A DNA stretch of 64,000 nucleotides from Octopus vulgaris (Eukaryota): NCBI GenBank assembly GCA_951406725.2, contig OX597818.1, positions 144,150,001 through 144,214,000 of the forward strand, read 5' to 3'. Below, one piece after another: positions 1-14,639 of the stretch. Below the pieces are notes generated by a model. It was given only the letters and a program-made list of their open reading frames with translations, searched no databases and was not told the origin of the DNA. Positions within the stretch are counted from its first letter, which is position 1, and every line of letters begins with the position of its first letter. Both the position numbers and the translations under genes were made by a program.

Positions 1-1448
1 ACTTGTTTCCAAGTAAGATATTATTTTCCTGTCCTTTGCACAACCAAGCACTGAAAACCCGAACATGATTTTATTGCAAGCTGCATTAATGGTGACACAT
101 CACACTAAGAATGTAAACAATATATGATACAAATGAGACAACACAAACACACATGGTGACTGCCACTTCTTTACAGAAGGCCACCTCTTCAATTAGTAAA
201 TGCCATCATGAGATCTCAACTTTATGCAAACAGACCCTAATATAGATGTTACAAACATTTTCAGGCAGGAAGGTGTCTGGGATTGAAGTCAAGTCCTGTT
301 TACGAAATGTTTGCTTCAAAGAGGTAGCATTCAGTTCTTCAGATTTCAAATGCTTTAACAACCATTATAGATCACTTCGGCATTTCTAAACCAATTGATC
401 TTTCCATCATCTGCTCCCAGTCTTTAACCTCCACATTAAGAGTCATACAAACATACAAATACAGATAACAGGCTTCTGCCTAATCTCTGCCAACCATTTA
501 CAATTACAATGCAATGGTCAGCTTAAGGCTACAAAACATACTTGCACACAGTACTACACACGGAGAATGATTCTGTAATCACATGGCTTCAAAATGAACT
601 TCTTAACAAAATGATCATGAGACTGTGTGTGTGTGTGTGTGTGCGTGTGTGCATGCGTGGTATACACCATCCAGCAAAGCAGGCTCACTTCATTTCTTTG
701 TACTCACAGTATTCATTCTCTGCTCTTCCATCATCTCCATGATACTTTCCTACCTAACTTCCACTACATCCATCTACTGCACACCTAGCCATCCTCCACT
801 TTCTCTCAATAACCCAGACATGCAGCATCTCTGCTGCCTCAACACCGTTTCATCTCCCTCTCTCTGCCTACCTTCATCTTTAGCACCCTTCAGCTCACTG
901 ATCTTCTACTTACAGGTTCTCCAGCTTCTCACCACCCTCATCTGTATCCTTTTCATGCTTCCCTCCACCCACTCCACCTGTTTATATTCTCCTTAATACC
1001 AAGGGATAGCACTGGACCCTGCTATTCAATCCACTCCCACTCACACCAATAACTTCTTTCAACACCTTTCCCAGATGTCACACTCCTTTTCTCCCCCATC
1101 AGCTGTGGGCCTCTGCAGTGTTGGTGCCACAAAATAACACCCAGTCTACTTACTCTACCAAGTGATTAGGGAGTGAAGCAGAGACAATGCAACAGTGAAA
1201 GGATTCTTCAGCCTTGTCAAGCAAGGACTCACTGGTGCTACAAAGAATACATGCAGTAAAGTGGCTAATGTTAGAGCATCAAGCCATAGAAACCATACTG
1301 ACACAGACATTCAAGCAAAATATCCTGGCTCACAAATCCTGTCAAATTATCCAACCCATGCCAGCATGGAAAGTGGAAGTGAAATGATGTCATGAAAAGT
1401 TTACTTAAAAGCTACAAGCTAATCTATACAAAATTATTAGGGCTTTGT

Positions 1449-1971
1449 TTCTGCTTGTCTTCACCTCTTTTTGTACTGTCAGTCATTACTACTCTACTCC
1501 CAACTCATATATCATTAGTCACCCTCTTCACTTATGTCCACCACAGATTACTACCACTCATCAACCCTACACAATCTTTACAGTCAGTGTATATGATGTA
1601 TAACTCTGCGTGTGTGTTTGTATGAAAAGACTTGAGAATAGTTAAATTTTCAAATACAATTCTTCTACAATAAATTAGTTATAATTATCAAAAGATGTAA
1701 CTGCCATCAGATTACTAAAGATAAAATGACCATTAGCAAACATCAAGTAGCAAGTTAATTTTAAAGCGCATCAAATAAGTGTCCACCATCAAGAACAACT
1801 AACAAGTAAAAGCTGGTACATGTTGTTGTGAGTATTGGCATTGTAATTTATTTATGCCTGATTTTACGATCCAAGGACTGTTTTCTGTCCAAAAACCAAG
1901 ATTTCAGACAATAAAACTCTGGTTATATAACTGCTACATGCTTCCCATTTTTAAGAATCATCATTTGGCAT
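1449..1971. repeat. 523-bp direct duplication, copy 1
   Basis: Nearly identical to 3158-3680 (same length, only about 4 substitutions visible). Confidence 0.9.
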
Positions 1972-1974
1972 GTG

Positions 1975-2025
<51 letters not shown>

Positions 2026-2094
2026 CATTTTATCAATCAGACTATCAGATGTTGTTATACAGCACAGGTCAGAAATGTGCTTCATATTGTTGCA

Positions 2095-2305
2095 GCTTTC
2101 AAATTATGCCATCCTGCTAGCAAGGTAGGCAGGTCAACATTCCCCCTGAACAGAGCACCAGTTCATTTACAGGGTTACCTATTTACAGCTGAGTGGTCAG
2201 GAGCAACAGGAAATGAAGTGTTTTGCTCAAGAACACAATGCACCACTGGCCTGAGAAGCAAAATCATGATGTTGTGATCACAGTGCAACCTCACTAGCCA
2301 CGAGG
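2095..2305 (-). mobile_element. Decayed tRNA-derived SINE
   Basis: Reverse-complement similarity to the SINE at 10094-10330 (cacttcatttc..ttgctcc..ccactcagctg). Confidence 0.6.
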
Positions 2306-2326
2306 CTTTGTGTGATTACACACACA

Positions 2327-2357
<31 letters not shown>

Positions 2358-3157
2358 TGCATGCCATGCACATGGGTGCAGTTCTGCATGCATGTGTAGA
2401 GACACGCATACAAATGCGTAAATCAAATTTTTTTAAAATTATTATGTATTACCATTTGTGAACAATAATATCAATTCTTATAAGTTTGCAACAGTTCTGC
2501 CAATGGTTTGCTATCGTGAAGTGATAAAGAAGTGTCTATAACTCAATAAAGAACAAATATTTCTCGAGTCTTTACTCATGAAGCTCTAGTTTTTCAGTTT
2601 CCCCAGCTATGTTTATATATTTTTTTGTAAACAAGAGACATCAATGAAACTCAAACAGCCACACATGACAGACTTACACAGTTTTTGTCTGCCAAATTCC
2701 CTTCAGAAGCCATTAATCAACTAGAGACTATAATAGAAGAAACTTGTCCAAGATACTACACACTGAAATTGAATCCAGAACCTTGTAAGAAAGAAAGCTT
2801 TTTACCATATAGCCATCCATAGTAGCCTTGAGTATCTTACATACACAAACACTTATCTTATATATCCAAACTCGCATCTCTATCCATATATTACTGGCAG
2901 CGTAATCGTCATTATCACCATTCTTGTTTTCATGTCATTTTTTCCCCCATGCTGGCATAAGTTATATCAAACCTAGTCAGACAGATTTGTTAACTGGAGA
3001 CAGTATATGAATCCAGTTTTTCATTCAAAGAGTACTAATGATGACATGCCGAATTGATATTTACATCCAAACAAGAAAAAAAGTGGAATCCATCCATCCA
3101 CTAATCTTATCCCTTTTCCTCATCCTTCCCTTATCTACTGTATTATTATTATTACTA

Positions 3158-3680
3158 TTCTGCTTGTCTTCACCTCTTTTTGTACTGTCAGTCATTACTA
3201 CTCTACTCCCAACTCATATATCATTAGTCACCCTCTTCACTTATGTCCACCACAGATTACTACCACTCATCAACCCTACACAATCTTTACAGTCAGTGTA
3301 AATGATGTATAACTCTGCGTGTGTGTTTGTATGAAAAGACTTGAGAATAGTTAAATTTTCAAGTACAATTCTTCAACAATAAATTAGTTATAATGATCAA
3401 AAGATGTAACTGCCATCAGATTACTAAAGATAAAATGACCATTAGCAAACATCAAGTAGCAAGTTAATTTTAAAGCGCATCAAATAAGTGTCCACCATCA
3501 AGAACAACTAACAAGTAAAAGCTGGTACATGTTGTTGTGAGTATTGGCATTGTAATTTATTTATGCCTGATTTTACGATCCAAGGACTGTTTTCTGTCCA
3601 AAAACCAAGATTTCAGACAATAAAACTCTGGTTATATAACTGCTACATGCTTCCCATTTTTAAGAATCATCATTTGGCAT
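3158..3680. repeat. 523-bp direct duplication, copy 2
   Basis: Nearly identical to 1449-1971. Confidence 0.9.
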
Positions 3681-4793
3681 TACATGACAGTCACATGATA
3701 TACAAAAGTTCTATGTAGAATAAAATGTCAATGAAATATTTTCTCAGGAGAACAAGTGATTTCCTACATGCATAAATCCTTACATTAGAAGAAAATGCAA
3801 ATGTACAATGAAAGAACAATCCATTTCCTGACCAGATCATAAACCACGAAATTTTCATGTAATACAAATAAAATATTACCAATTCCCTAAATTGCTACTC
3901 ATTCTGAGAAAAGTATTATGCAATGTAGCTGAAGATAAATTACTTTAGAGCCGTTCATTAATATCAGGTTAAACAACATCAGTCACAAGAACTACCATGA
4001 AATTACACAGTAAAAGGTCAAAATAGTTAAACTTTCTAACTAATATGTAATTTTGAGTCTAGAAAAAGCCACAAAGCCTAATTCTTTTTGAACTTTGAAA
4101 AACTTTTCATTCAAAAAGAAGTGGAAATGTAATTAATCTATAAAATAAAACTTGAGAAATTAGGTTTTATAAAATATAATATATATATGAGGGGGGGGGG
4201 GGTGCTATATGTATGTAACTGTGTACATGTGTGTATATGTAGATATGTATGTATATACATATATGTATTTATAAACACATGTATCTACATACATACATAC
4301 ATATATATCATCATCATTAAAGCAGACTAAGTATGAATAGTGGTTTGGCCTTGATAACGAGGTTGTAGTCCTGACACACACACACATGTACTTTTTTTCT
4401 GTAAACTGCTGAAAATGACATCACTTTGAATATGTATCCCCACTCTGAGTGAAATGATGAGAGGATTTAACGAAATATTTTATACCTTGGATGTATGATA
4501 ATTATAACACAGCATTTACAGGTGTAAAAATGTGTCAAAATAATTGCAGTGATTTAAATAAAGAATGCCGTTCATCCTATTTTCTACCATTCATCTATTT
4601 ATATAACACACACATATAATTATATGTATGTGTATATATATATAGCTATATATGCATATATATATATATAACTGTATGTATGTATATATATTCATATATA
4701 TATATATATGTATATTCATATATATATATATATATACATATATTCATTGTCTGTGTGTGTATATATCATTATATATACACACACACATTTCGC

Positions 4794-4840
<47 letters not shown>

Positions 4841-5695
4841 GTTCTTTTAGATATGTGAGACAACCGAAACTACAAGTATTTGATTTCCAAGGGTAATTAA
4901 ATAAAAAAAGAAAAGTGAAGATTAAATCAAATTTTTAAACATTTGAATTCAACTCAATTAAAATATGTTTGCCAAATTAAAAAAAAAAAAAAAAGAGTAT
5001 AAAAAAAAATTAATCCACATTTAGGAAAGGAATGTATCTTTTCTTTTATAGTGTTCTTATCATTTGTGGTCATGCTGGAGCACAATGTTTTCCAAGCAGA
5101 AAATCATTTCTAAACTAAAGCATAATGATGCAAATTTGAAAGAGAAGGAAAAGGGAAGCAGAGAGATTGTGTGGCATTAATGCCAATCTGAATGGCATCA
5201 GGGGAAGTAAACTGACTTTAACTGAGTATCAAAATAGATTTCACTCAACATCAGCTTACTTCTTGATCTATGCCACTAGTTTCATTAGTTAAACTGACAC
5301 CAAGACAAAGGAATAGAGAAGAAAGATGTTATAAAGTTTTGCTTTAGTTTTTAACTCATCAACAATTTTCACCAGGTTTTAAGATCAAAGATTTTGAAAT
5401 TAGTAGTGGAATGTGTAAATAAAAAAGAAAACAGGGGAGGAATTAACAGCTATTAAGTGTGAATTCTTCTAAGTTTTCAAAATAAATATCTTTCAAAAAT
5501 CATTAATTCCCTGTTCTAAACAAATAAGTGTATAAGTGATCTGTGCATGCATGTGTGTGCATATATAAACACACATAAATGTGAAAAAAAAGGTATGTGT
5601 GTGTATAAGTATATATGTGTATAGGTGTAACTGATTTAATACCTATTATTTTTATTGGTATGATTTTAGCAAGTTTGGAATAACTTCCACAGACT

Positions 5696-6030
5696 CAGGA
5701 ATAGCTCTGTGGTTAAGACATTTGAGTCACGGCCTCATGAATCAGAATATGACTCCTTTGCACAGCACCTTGGACAAGGATAATCTAATTAGCCTTGGGT
5801 TGACCAATGCTTTCTGACTGGAATTTAGTATATGTTAACTGTGAAGTTAGTCACACACACTATATATATATAACAGGCTTCTTTCAGTTTCTGTCAACCA
5901 AATCCACTCAGAAGATTTTGGATGTCCCAGATCTATGGCAGAAGACGCATGCCAAAGGTGCCTTGCATGGGACTGAACCCAGTCACATGGTTGAGAAGCT
6001 AACATCTTGCCACACACCCACGCCTGCAAC
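5696..6030. mobile_element. Two decayed 5' halves of a tRNA-derived SINE in opposite orientation
   Basis: + copy at about 5696-5850 and - copy at about 5875-6030, both resembling the head of the SINE at 32110-32540. Confidence 0.55.
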
Positions 6031-7191
6031 TCTCTCTCCTTATATATATATCATCATCATCATCGTTTAACGTCCGTTCTCCATATATATATATATATAT
6101 ATATATACGGGGGGGGGGGGGGGTATACCCTACACACACACACACAATTGGCTGAAGCTATTAATAACTTTCTCTTCTGCCACCCTCTTACACTGATTTT
6201 CTTGCATCTCTCTCTCTCTATCTCTCTCTCTCTCTGCTATCTACCAGGGATAAAATTTCCTCTGGTGCTGGTGAACAAACAAACAAGACAATGCTGAGTC
6301 AAGAGGACATTTTCAGCCATATTGAGCAACCTTTCTAGTGCTGGTGCATAATAATAAAATGCCCAAGCTGCAGCATGTAAAACTGTTGGTACATAAACAG
6401 AGATAACTGTTTAGTCTTACCAGGATTATGAAAGCTTCTCTAGAGCAAGTGCCACAATAAGATGTACCCAATAGGTTGTAAAGTAACAAGAAGGGCATCG
6501 AGCTGAAGAAACCATGCCAAAAATGCACATACAAGGCATGATCTCCAACCCATCGAAGAAGGTTTTAACTCCAAAATAAAATTACTTAATCTGTGATGAT
6601 ACAGCCAACCCATGTCAGCATAGAAAAGTAGATGTAAAATGATGACGATGATAAGATGTGTATGTGCATGCGTGTAACTTTTTTTCACATATTAACAAAA
6701 ATGTAAACATTGGAAGGGAAACAGAAAAACTAATGTTTTCAAATGAAAATATCTTGTATGGCATTTGTTCGATCTGAGTTGCCATCAGGTAATGAACAAG
6801 TAACCAATGACATTATTCCTCAGCAACTGTAACATTAAATGATGGAAGATCAGTTACAGTAGCAGATTAGACTATGTTTCAAGGTACGTTGTTTTACTGC
6901 TATTTCTTTATCTAGATGTGTGTGTGTGTGTGTGTGCGTGTGTGTATAAAACAAAATAATTTTAACATCAATTTGAAGCCAACGGCATAAACAGTTTGAA
7001 AACCAACAACATTCTGAACACGTGTGCGTGTGCATGCATGCACATCCACATGCTTTTTAACTCATGAGTGAGAATGTCAGCCAACATTAATAGCTGGATG
7101 CACAAAACTCATAGATACGAGTATGGAATCCAGATAATCTCACACACGCAATTGAACTGATTGAACAAAATTATATAAATATACATATACA

Positions 7192-8428
7192 CAGGGTGTT
7201 CCAAAAAAATGTATACTCAAATTCAACAATTATAAAGTCAGCATTTATTAAAATAAATTTCATTTGCAAAATTTTGACTTAATTTACAGACAGAATTTAA
7301 TTTTTATCAACATTTGTTTTCAAACTGATGCGTATCCTGGTTCGGGTCCTGCTGATAATGCAAAGCAATGGAATCACAAACATCAACAAACAGTTCATCC
7401 TGTATCTCGTCACACTCTTTCAATGGCTGCCTTCAATTCATTGTCACCAGTTTTGTACTGTAAACTTTATCTTCCAAGTATCCCCATAAAAACGTCTAGT
7501 AGTGTGCAATCCAGTGAACGTACAGGGTATTTTACTGAACCTCTTCATCCAATCTACCTGTTTGACAAGGTAAGTCCTTTCATTATTCTGGTAGAGTGGG
7601 GGGCTGCTCCATCTTGTTGGAAATAAAACACCATGTCTTCGTGTCCTCTTGAATGTGTAGCATGGTAGATTGTCACAGCATGTTCAACTAAATGGGAACA
7701 GTCAGAGTACTGCCAAAAAAGAATGGTCCAATTAATCCTTTTGATAAGTCGCATCATATTGTAACTCCTGGTAAATTAGCATGAAATTCCTCTGTAATAT
7801 GCAGCTTCCAAGGTCTCCAGTAAATGCAACTGTGGTATTAAATTGAATCATTTAATTCAACTGTAATTCATCACTCCAAACAATCTTTGTTGGAAAGCGT
7901 GCCTCTTATACATCTTGCCAAATACCACATGCAAAAGCCCACTCTTCGGTCGGCACCAGCTTCACTGAGAGCATCGACTATTCTTAGAATATAACTTTTC
8001 CAATGATAGCACTCCAAAATGCAACAGATGCTTAATTTTAAAATTCCTATCTCAGAACCCACTTGTCATACAGATTTTCTTGAACTATAGCAATATGGTT
8101 CTAGTACCTTTTCTTGTTTTGTGGGGATTGTCGATGTAGGTGCACTTCTGGAATGTTTTCTGCAGACATTCTGAACAGTTCTATCTGCTTCAAACTTATC
8201 TCTAATTCAAATGATATTAAATTGCAGTGGGTTTGCTTGAAACTTCCAACCAAATTCTCTTTGCACTCCAACTATATTTTCAAACTTCCAGTAGCATTTT
8301 AGGATAATTTTCCTTTGTTCAAAGCTTAATCAGGCTTTCTTCATTATTTCTAATGAGGTAAATCTAAAAGGAAATCAAAATTGAGTTATCAGCTGTTAAG
8401 TGTGTATACATTTTTTTGGGATCCCCTG
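7192..8428 (-). mobile_element. Decayed Tc1/mariner-superfamily DNA transposon
   Basis: TIRs CAGGGTGTTCCAAAAAAATGTATAC and GTATACATTTTTTTGGGATCCCCTG followed by TA; minus-strand transposase remnant with FQQDGAAPH motif. Confidence 0.8.
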
Positions 8429-10093
8429 TATATATTAAACTTTTGATTCAAAAGAAAGAAAATAAAAAAAGTTTCAAAAAATTAAAAAGAAAGGAAATGC
8501 AATTTTGCACTACTTGAGTGAAAAATAATTTTCAGTAAATTTAGTCACAAAGAAAAATATAGCTATTTATAAAGCCAATATAAATTGAAGTAATATTGAC
8601 GACAGTGTTTGAAGTCAGTTTCGGAATTATGAAGTTGGAAAGATTAAAGAAACAGGGAAAAAAACTGATATAATATTTTGAAGAACAAGGATGGGTGGTC
8701 AAGGTTTAAACTGACAAAGTCACTGCCTTTGTTGTTGAATAAAGCAATTTCTTGAAAATGTTCACATTCACAAAAGCACACAAAGTTAGTAACTATAAAA
8801 CATTTTGCAATAAATGATGCTTGGCTGTGATTTTCTTTTGATTGATGAAAATCTAATAGGGTGATCAACTAAAATTAGACTCCATCCACTAAAAAAAAAA
8901 TTTTTTAAAAAGCTTCAAGGAATGTAATATAATTAAAATAAAATTAATTAAGGTAATTGAGATTATTCTATTACCAACTAACTTAGTCTTATTAAAAACT
9001 GACCAAACTTGCAGTGCTAATAAAATATAACTAATCATTATAGGTTATACCACCTAATACAGTCTATGACATATAATCTATATTATATTATATATAAACA
9101 ATTCTTGCTGTGAAGAGATTTCAAAGCAAACCTAAATATGGTTTCATATACACCCTCACAAACAAATGACCAAGGTGCAATACTTGCCAACCATACAAAC
9201 AGGGGATCATCATGATCACATAAAATTTACATCTGCAAGTTAAGTACAAGCGCATTGTGATGGCTATTTCATTAGATTTCAGTATTTGCCATAACAGAGA
9301 GAGAAAATCTGAATGCTCTACTATCGCTGTCCTTATTCCCATTTTCATGATAAATATAACGACAGTTTCATCAGGAGTAATTTCAGATCAGTTATGAGGT
9401 ATTTGCCTAACAAGTACAGGTGCCTACCTGCTCATTCATAGATGCTTATTGTCTGTAAAACAAAAGGCACCAATCAAAGCATCAGTTTTATGTTTACAAG
9501 ATAAAAAGTAAACACTGAATTATAAAGATATTATAAAGCTTCAGACCTTAAAAAAAAAACAATCAAAACAACTGTTTTCAGAATTCAAACTATTTATAAA
9601 AATAAAAATCATAAATCCTTTATAAATGCAAAAATATAATGTTTTTAAAAAATGAAAGACATTATATAAATGATGCATGTACCTGTATAAGTGTGCTCTT
9701 GCAAGAATGCTTAATTATCAAGTACATATATTATCAGTCCCTTTGCTTATAAGTTAGAAATATTTTTTGTTTTATGCAGTATACTTGGACAAAGGACTTG
9801 ATTCAGTTTGCTTGGACCTTGGGAATATTTTATTGTTGTTTAGCCCCAGGTCAGCTTTGTTAGAGCTGACCCATGATTAGCTCACCCACAATTATACTAT
9901 TCTGCATACATATATCTTCTTTTTAAGAAGAGTACAATTTGAAGATAATGTAGTTGTTATTTATACCAGGTTAAGTAATCACACTAAAGTTTGCTAAGGA
10001 GTATAGACATACTCTTGGTGAAATGCATAACACCTTAAGAGTCTCAATTTTGAAAGGATTATAGATGAAATCTTTGTGTAATTATATACATAT

Positions 10094-10330
10094 GTGGAGG
10101 TGCGTGGCTTAGTGGTTAGGGTGTCAGCATCATGATTGTAAGATTGTGGTTTTGATTCCTGGACCAAGCGACGCGTTGTGTTATTGAGTAAAACACTTCA
10201 TTTCACGTTGCTCCAGTCCACTCAGCTGGCAAAAATGAGTAACGCTGCGATGGACTGGCATCCCATCAAGCTGGGTAACACATACTCCATAGAAACCGGG
10301 AAACTGGACCCATGAGCCTGGCTAGGCTTT
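10094..10330 (+). mobile_element. tRNA-derived SINE with V-domain-like body
   Basis: A box TGGCTTAGTGG, degenerate B box GTTTTGATTCC, body CTGCGATGGACTGGCATCCC. Confidence 0.75.
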
Positions 10331-12679
10331 GCATTTATTTACTTACATATAAATATGTGTGTATGCATGGTAGGTGTAGTTAGATAAGCTATCAGACTAC
10401 CAGCCAAAGTGTAAATAGTTTGTCTATCATCACTGTTACTGTGTTATGTTTGTAGCCAAAACAATGAAGATTCTAAAGCACTGTCCATCTAGCAGTGCAG
10501 AAGATAGAAGGGAATGATACAGCCTCTACTAAGCAATAAGGGAGTTGTTAAATTATTTCATGCTCTCCAAGTATTAGTGGTTAATTCTGTAATCTTACTG
10601 GATCACTGAAGAACCACTTGAAACAAATTGAATGATTCAATAGAGGAATGCATTGAAGTGCTTTTCTTATTTTCCTCTCCTAACTTATGAAGAGACATGA
10701 ACTCAGCACTACAAGATAATGAAGCATTACTAATTGCAATGCTACAACAAAAGGAGGCATGATGTGTACCACCCTCAAAACTTGTATATTGAGTCAAATG
10801 CATTGGTCTCAAGACACAATAAGGAGGCACATAAAAGAGGCAGGAGATTCAGTTCCCCATCAACTCTCTGAACTCAAACCACAAAAAAATTAGCGTTACT
10901 CCTGAAGTAAAGATTACTGGTTCATTAATGCATACACATCATTAAAAATTCAAGCAACTATTTATCTCAGATAAAAATAGCCACAAGCATGTATGCATGC
11001 ACACACATACACTCACACATACATATACAGTTTAATTTTTATTCTTTAAATTGTTTCAGCTTCAAAGCTGCGGTCATGCTGGGGCACCACCATTGATCAT
11101 ATTGGCTATTTTTAAAATCAAAATGATCAACTGTAGATATCAAAACCACAAATTGTAAATTTCAAGTCAAGCATAATCATTTAGTGCTACTCCAGGCAAT
11201 CCTTGTTTCAAGAAACCACGAAATAACGATCTATAAAAATAATAGATTTTTTCATAATATAATGCAACTTTATAATAAAATACTCGAAAACACCAAGATA
11301 TATAAATAGATATTTAAAAAAAAAAATTAATAAATGATTTATAAAAGAAAAAATGGGTAATCTTATATATAAAATGTTGATAATCCGAAAGATAAAAACA
11401 GGAAAAAAATAAAACCATCATGGAAAGAAAAAATAGCTCCATTTTTCTTTATAATTATTTATAAATATGTATTTATAAATAAAGCATTAAGCAATGGAAA
11501 AATATAAGTGTAGGTATAAATGAAATAAACTCAACTTGGTAGTATTCAGCATAAACATCTTTTTTCAAATTTTGGATTAAGAGTAATATCATGTACACAC
11601 AGACACACAAACCCAAAATGTATAAACTGAAATTAAACATTTACACATAGAGTGTATAAAGTGAAATTATATACACACAGTGTCTAAATTGAAATCATAT
11701 AGATGTATGTATGTATGTATGTATACACACACACACACAGAATTATCACATATCATACAATGTAAACCAAACAACTTGCTGATGTAATCTTCAGAAAGTT
11801 GTTCACTGCATCCAATACAGTTAACGAAATTGACCGACATTTAATCATGTCTTCTGTCATACACAAACCATAGTTCACACACACACACATATTCAGGGAT
11901 GTTCCAGTTACAAGTCTTCACTACTCTATATTCTAAATACTGTACATAGCCATATAATCCTCTCCATACCAGCCTACCCAGGCTACCTCTGGTACCATAA
12001 TACAAAACTTCTCATTTTAAAAATGTTGATATGTATATTTAAAAGATTCCATTATAATTTTAAGTAAGAACTTTTAAGTTATGTTCCAAACAACAGCCTA
12101 AAGTTATTTTACTAAATCCTACAAATTCTGGATTATTTTCAAAATTAATTGAAACATACAAGACATAACAAATATGGTAACATATTCCATTTTATCTTAT
12201 TAACACATAGATTTAAGAGTTGTACAGTACCACAGGTCTCAATGTGTATACATAAATATTCAAACTATTTGCTCAGCTATGTTGGGGCTTGGTTCTCAGA
12301 GCAACAGAAATAATAAAAATAATGGTGCCTTAGAAGTTAAACCTATTCAAGGTATATTTGGGACATTGGTACCAAATATATTATCAGTTTTGCCCTACTA
12401 GCTCTAGATCTGGTGATATGGCATATCAGTTTCTAAGCTAGTGTGTACTGAAATTAGGGATACCAGTTGCATCTTCCTTCAAATTTGACTTCTAACCAGA
12501 TAGTTTCAGTCATCAATAGCTAAAACAAAATGTTAGATGAGACTTTATATCTCTAAAGTGGTATCTACAAATTTTAACGTATACAAAGTGAATCTAATTT
12601 AAACTAATTGTTAGCTTAGCAGATGCAATAAACATGATGGCTTCCTAATGAAAAAGGTGCATGAACCATTGAGATGTCA

Positions 12680-13740
12680 TGTTACATTTGAGACAAGTAC
12701 ACCATGAATGAACATAGGAAACCTATTTCAGACATTTTAAAACAGAGTATATCTCGCAAATTTAAAAGTATATCTTGGAGGTCAAGATAAATCATGGACT
12801 TTGCATATGCAAGCAAAACTTGCATGGAACCTTTGTAGCAATAGAAATATAAAGAGGAGCTACTTGAAATATGAAGTACTACATTATGATGATTATTACT
12901 TCTGTCAAGTCAATATCAAGGGCATCAAGTGAAATTAGGGAAGAAATGATGGCCTAGATCAGCGAGGGGATCTGTTCCTTGCTCAGATGAAATATCAATT
13001 CTATCTTTCAGCCACCTGACAGAGCTTCTAACTGATGAACAGGGATCACTTGTGTCTGATGATGCAGACTGTAACAGAAATGGAAAAAGTGACAAGGATT
13101 TTCAAAGAACTATATCAAGTAACATTTTAACCAAGTTGAATTCTGTACTGCTGGCCTCCAGGTTGAAAGAGAAGAATTTACTTCATTCTGGAACCAAAAT
13201 TATATCATTAACATAACAGGAAAAAGATATGCTTCCTTTTAAGACAACAAACAAATGATGTCAAAGGGAAATAGAACTATCAGAATGTATCTCAACTGAG
13301 TAGTGGCTTCTTCACTGCCAGATTCAAATGAAATTTAATATCTTCCTTTTACACAACAGTTGACAAATATGGCTCAATTGCAATTTGTCACCCAACCAAT
13401 ATGAAAGAAGAGTACAAAACATTCACTCTAGTCTTGAATAACTAAAGGGGATTTGAGTTGCCCTAAAGATGGTGAGTCTTCATGTTGGTCAACAAAGCAG
13501 ACAAAATATCTATGCATTTTATGACTTTGAGACAGCAGAGTCAAAGCTGACCAACAGATAGGTAAAAGTGGCCTTTGAGAGAATATACAGTTGTTACGTT
13601 AAAAAGGAATTAACCGAAGGTTGATAGAGGAAAACATTATCCTACCATTATTACATATCAAACTTGGCCTCATGAAACCATAAAAAAAAACAAAAAAAAA
13701 ATTAAGAAAAGGGACTTTTTGATGGTCCTCATAAAAAAGC
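12680..13740 (+). mobile_element. Highly decayed Chapaev3-like (CMC) transposase relic
   Basis: Colinear remnant motifs GQDKSW, DYYFC, GQQS..DSR and IILPLLHIKLGLMK; many stops and frameshifts. Confidence 0.6.
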
Positions 13741-13781
13741 TAAGTATACCCAAATATTGACCTAACTTGTATAACACCAAA

Positions 13782-13828
<47 letters not shown>

Positions 13829-13879
13829 GAGTTTTGGTCTTTCTGCACTTTGACATTGTTATTTCCATTATAATAATAA

Positions 13880-14240
13880 AATAATAATGAAATAATTGTA
13901 TACAGTGCTCAGGTGCACCACTACTTGTCAGAAAGTGCATATAAAGTACATGCAGTAATGTAGAAATGTCTGGAAAGCGAACAATGTATGAGTCAGATAC
14001 ATGCTTGCGTGTGTGTATGGAGGGGAGAAAATCAGGTGTAGAGTTGTAGAGTTGGTGAATCTCAGGAAGCATGGAAGTTTTGAAGGATGCAGTGCTCCGA
14101 CAACTAACAACCGATGCCGGCAGTTTGTTCCATGCTTCAGCAACTCTTCACATGAAAAAATGTTTCCTGAAGTCATGGAAGGAGCTGTGCATAACATTCT
14201 TTTAAAAGAACCAGGAAAGTATGTGTCATGTCAGGCATAG
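13880..14240 (-). mobile_element. 3' fragment of an L2/CR1-group LINE
   Basis: Degenerate RT C-terminal-like peptide (HRLLVVGALH..RFTNSTT); weak. Confidence 0.45.
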
Positions 14241-14639
14241 AAACTGAAGCATGTCGTCTGGTTTATAAGACTTTAACAAACTTCTAACCCATGATCATAT
14301 GGTCAATAATCAAACAACCTTAATCTCTCAGAAATTTGTTATAAAGTGGATATATACAAATGCGTGCATTTACATAGATATTCTATAAGGTCATAAAGCA
14401 CAGGAATGGTAGAGCAACAGCCAGTACTGGGATCAATATAACCTTTGAAGTTGTTGCTCCAGCATGGCTACAGTGCAATGACAAAAATCAGTAAAAGAAA
14501 GCAATGGATGAACTCTCAATTTCAATGAATAAGCATTAGAGTTGTTTCATAAATGAAATTATAAACTAAACATACTGAGTATTCCACACAAGCACGAACC
14601 CTTCATGAATCAGCATGACACAGTGTGATGTATGGCTGC

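Noticed and set aside
1-110. Possible minus-strand exon at the window start
   Set aside because: Several alternative acceptors and frames; none matches CFIm25 or any protein I recognise.
9428-9452. 25-nt minus-strand micro-exon with good splice sites
   Set aside because: Stops in all three frames.
11778-11853. Exon-like segment DMIKCRSISLTVLDAVNNFLKITS (-)
   Set aside because: Needs a weak GC donor and is out of phase with the 17012 donor.
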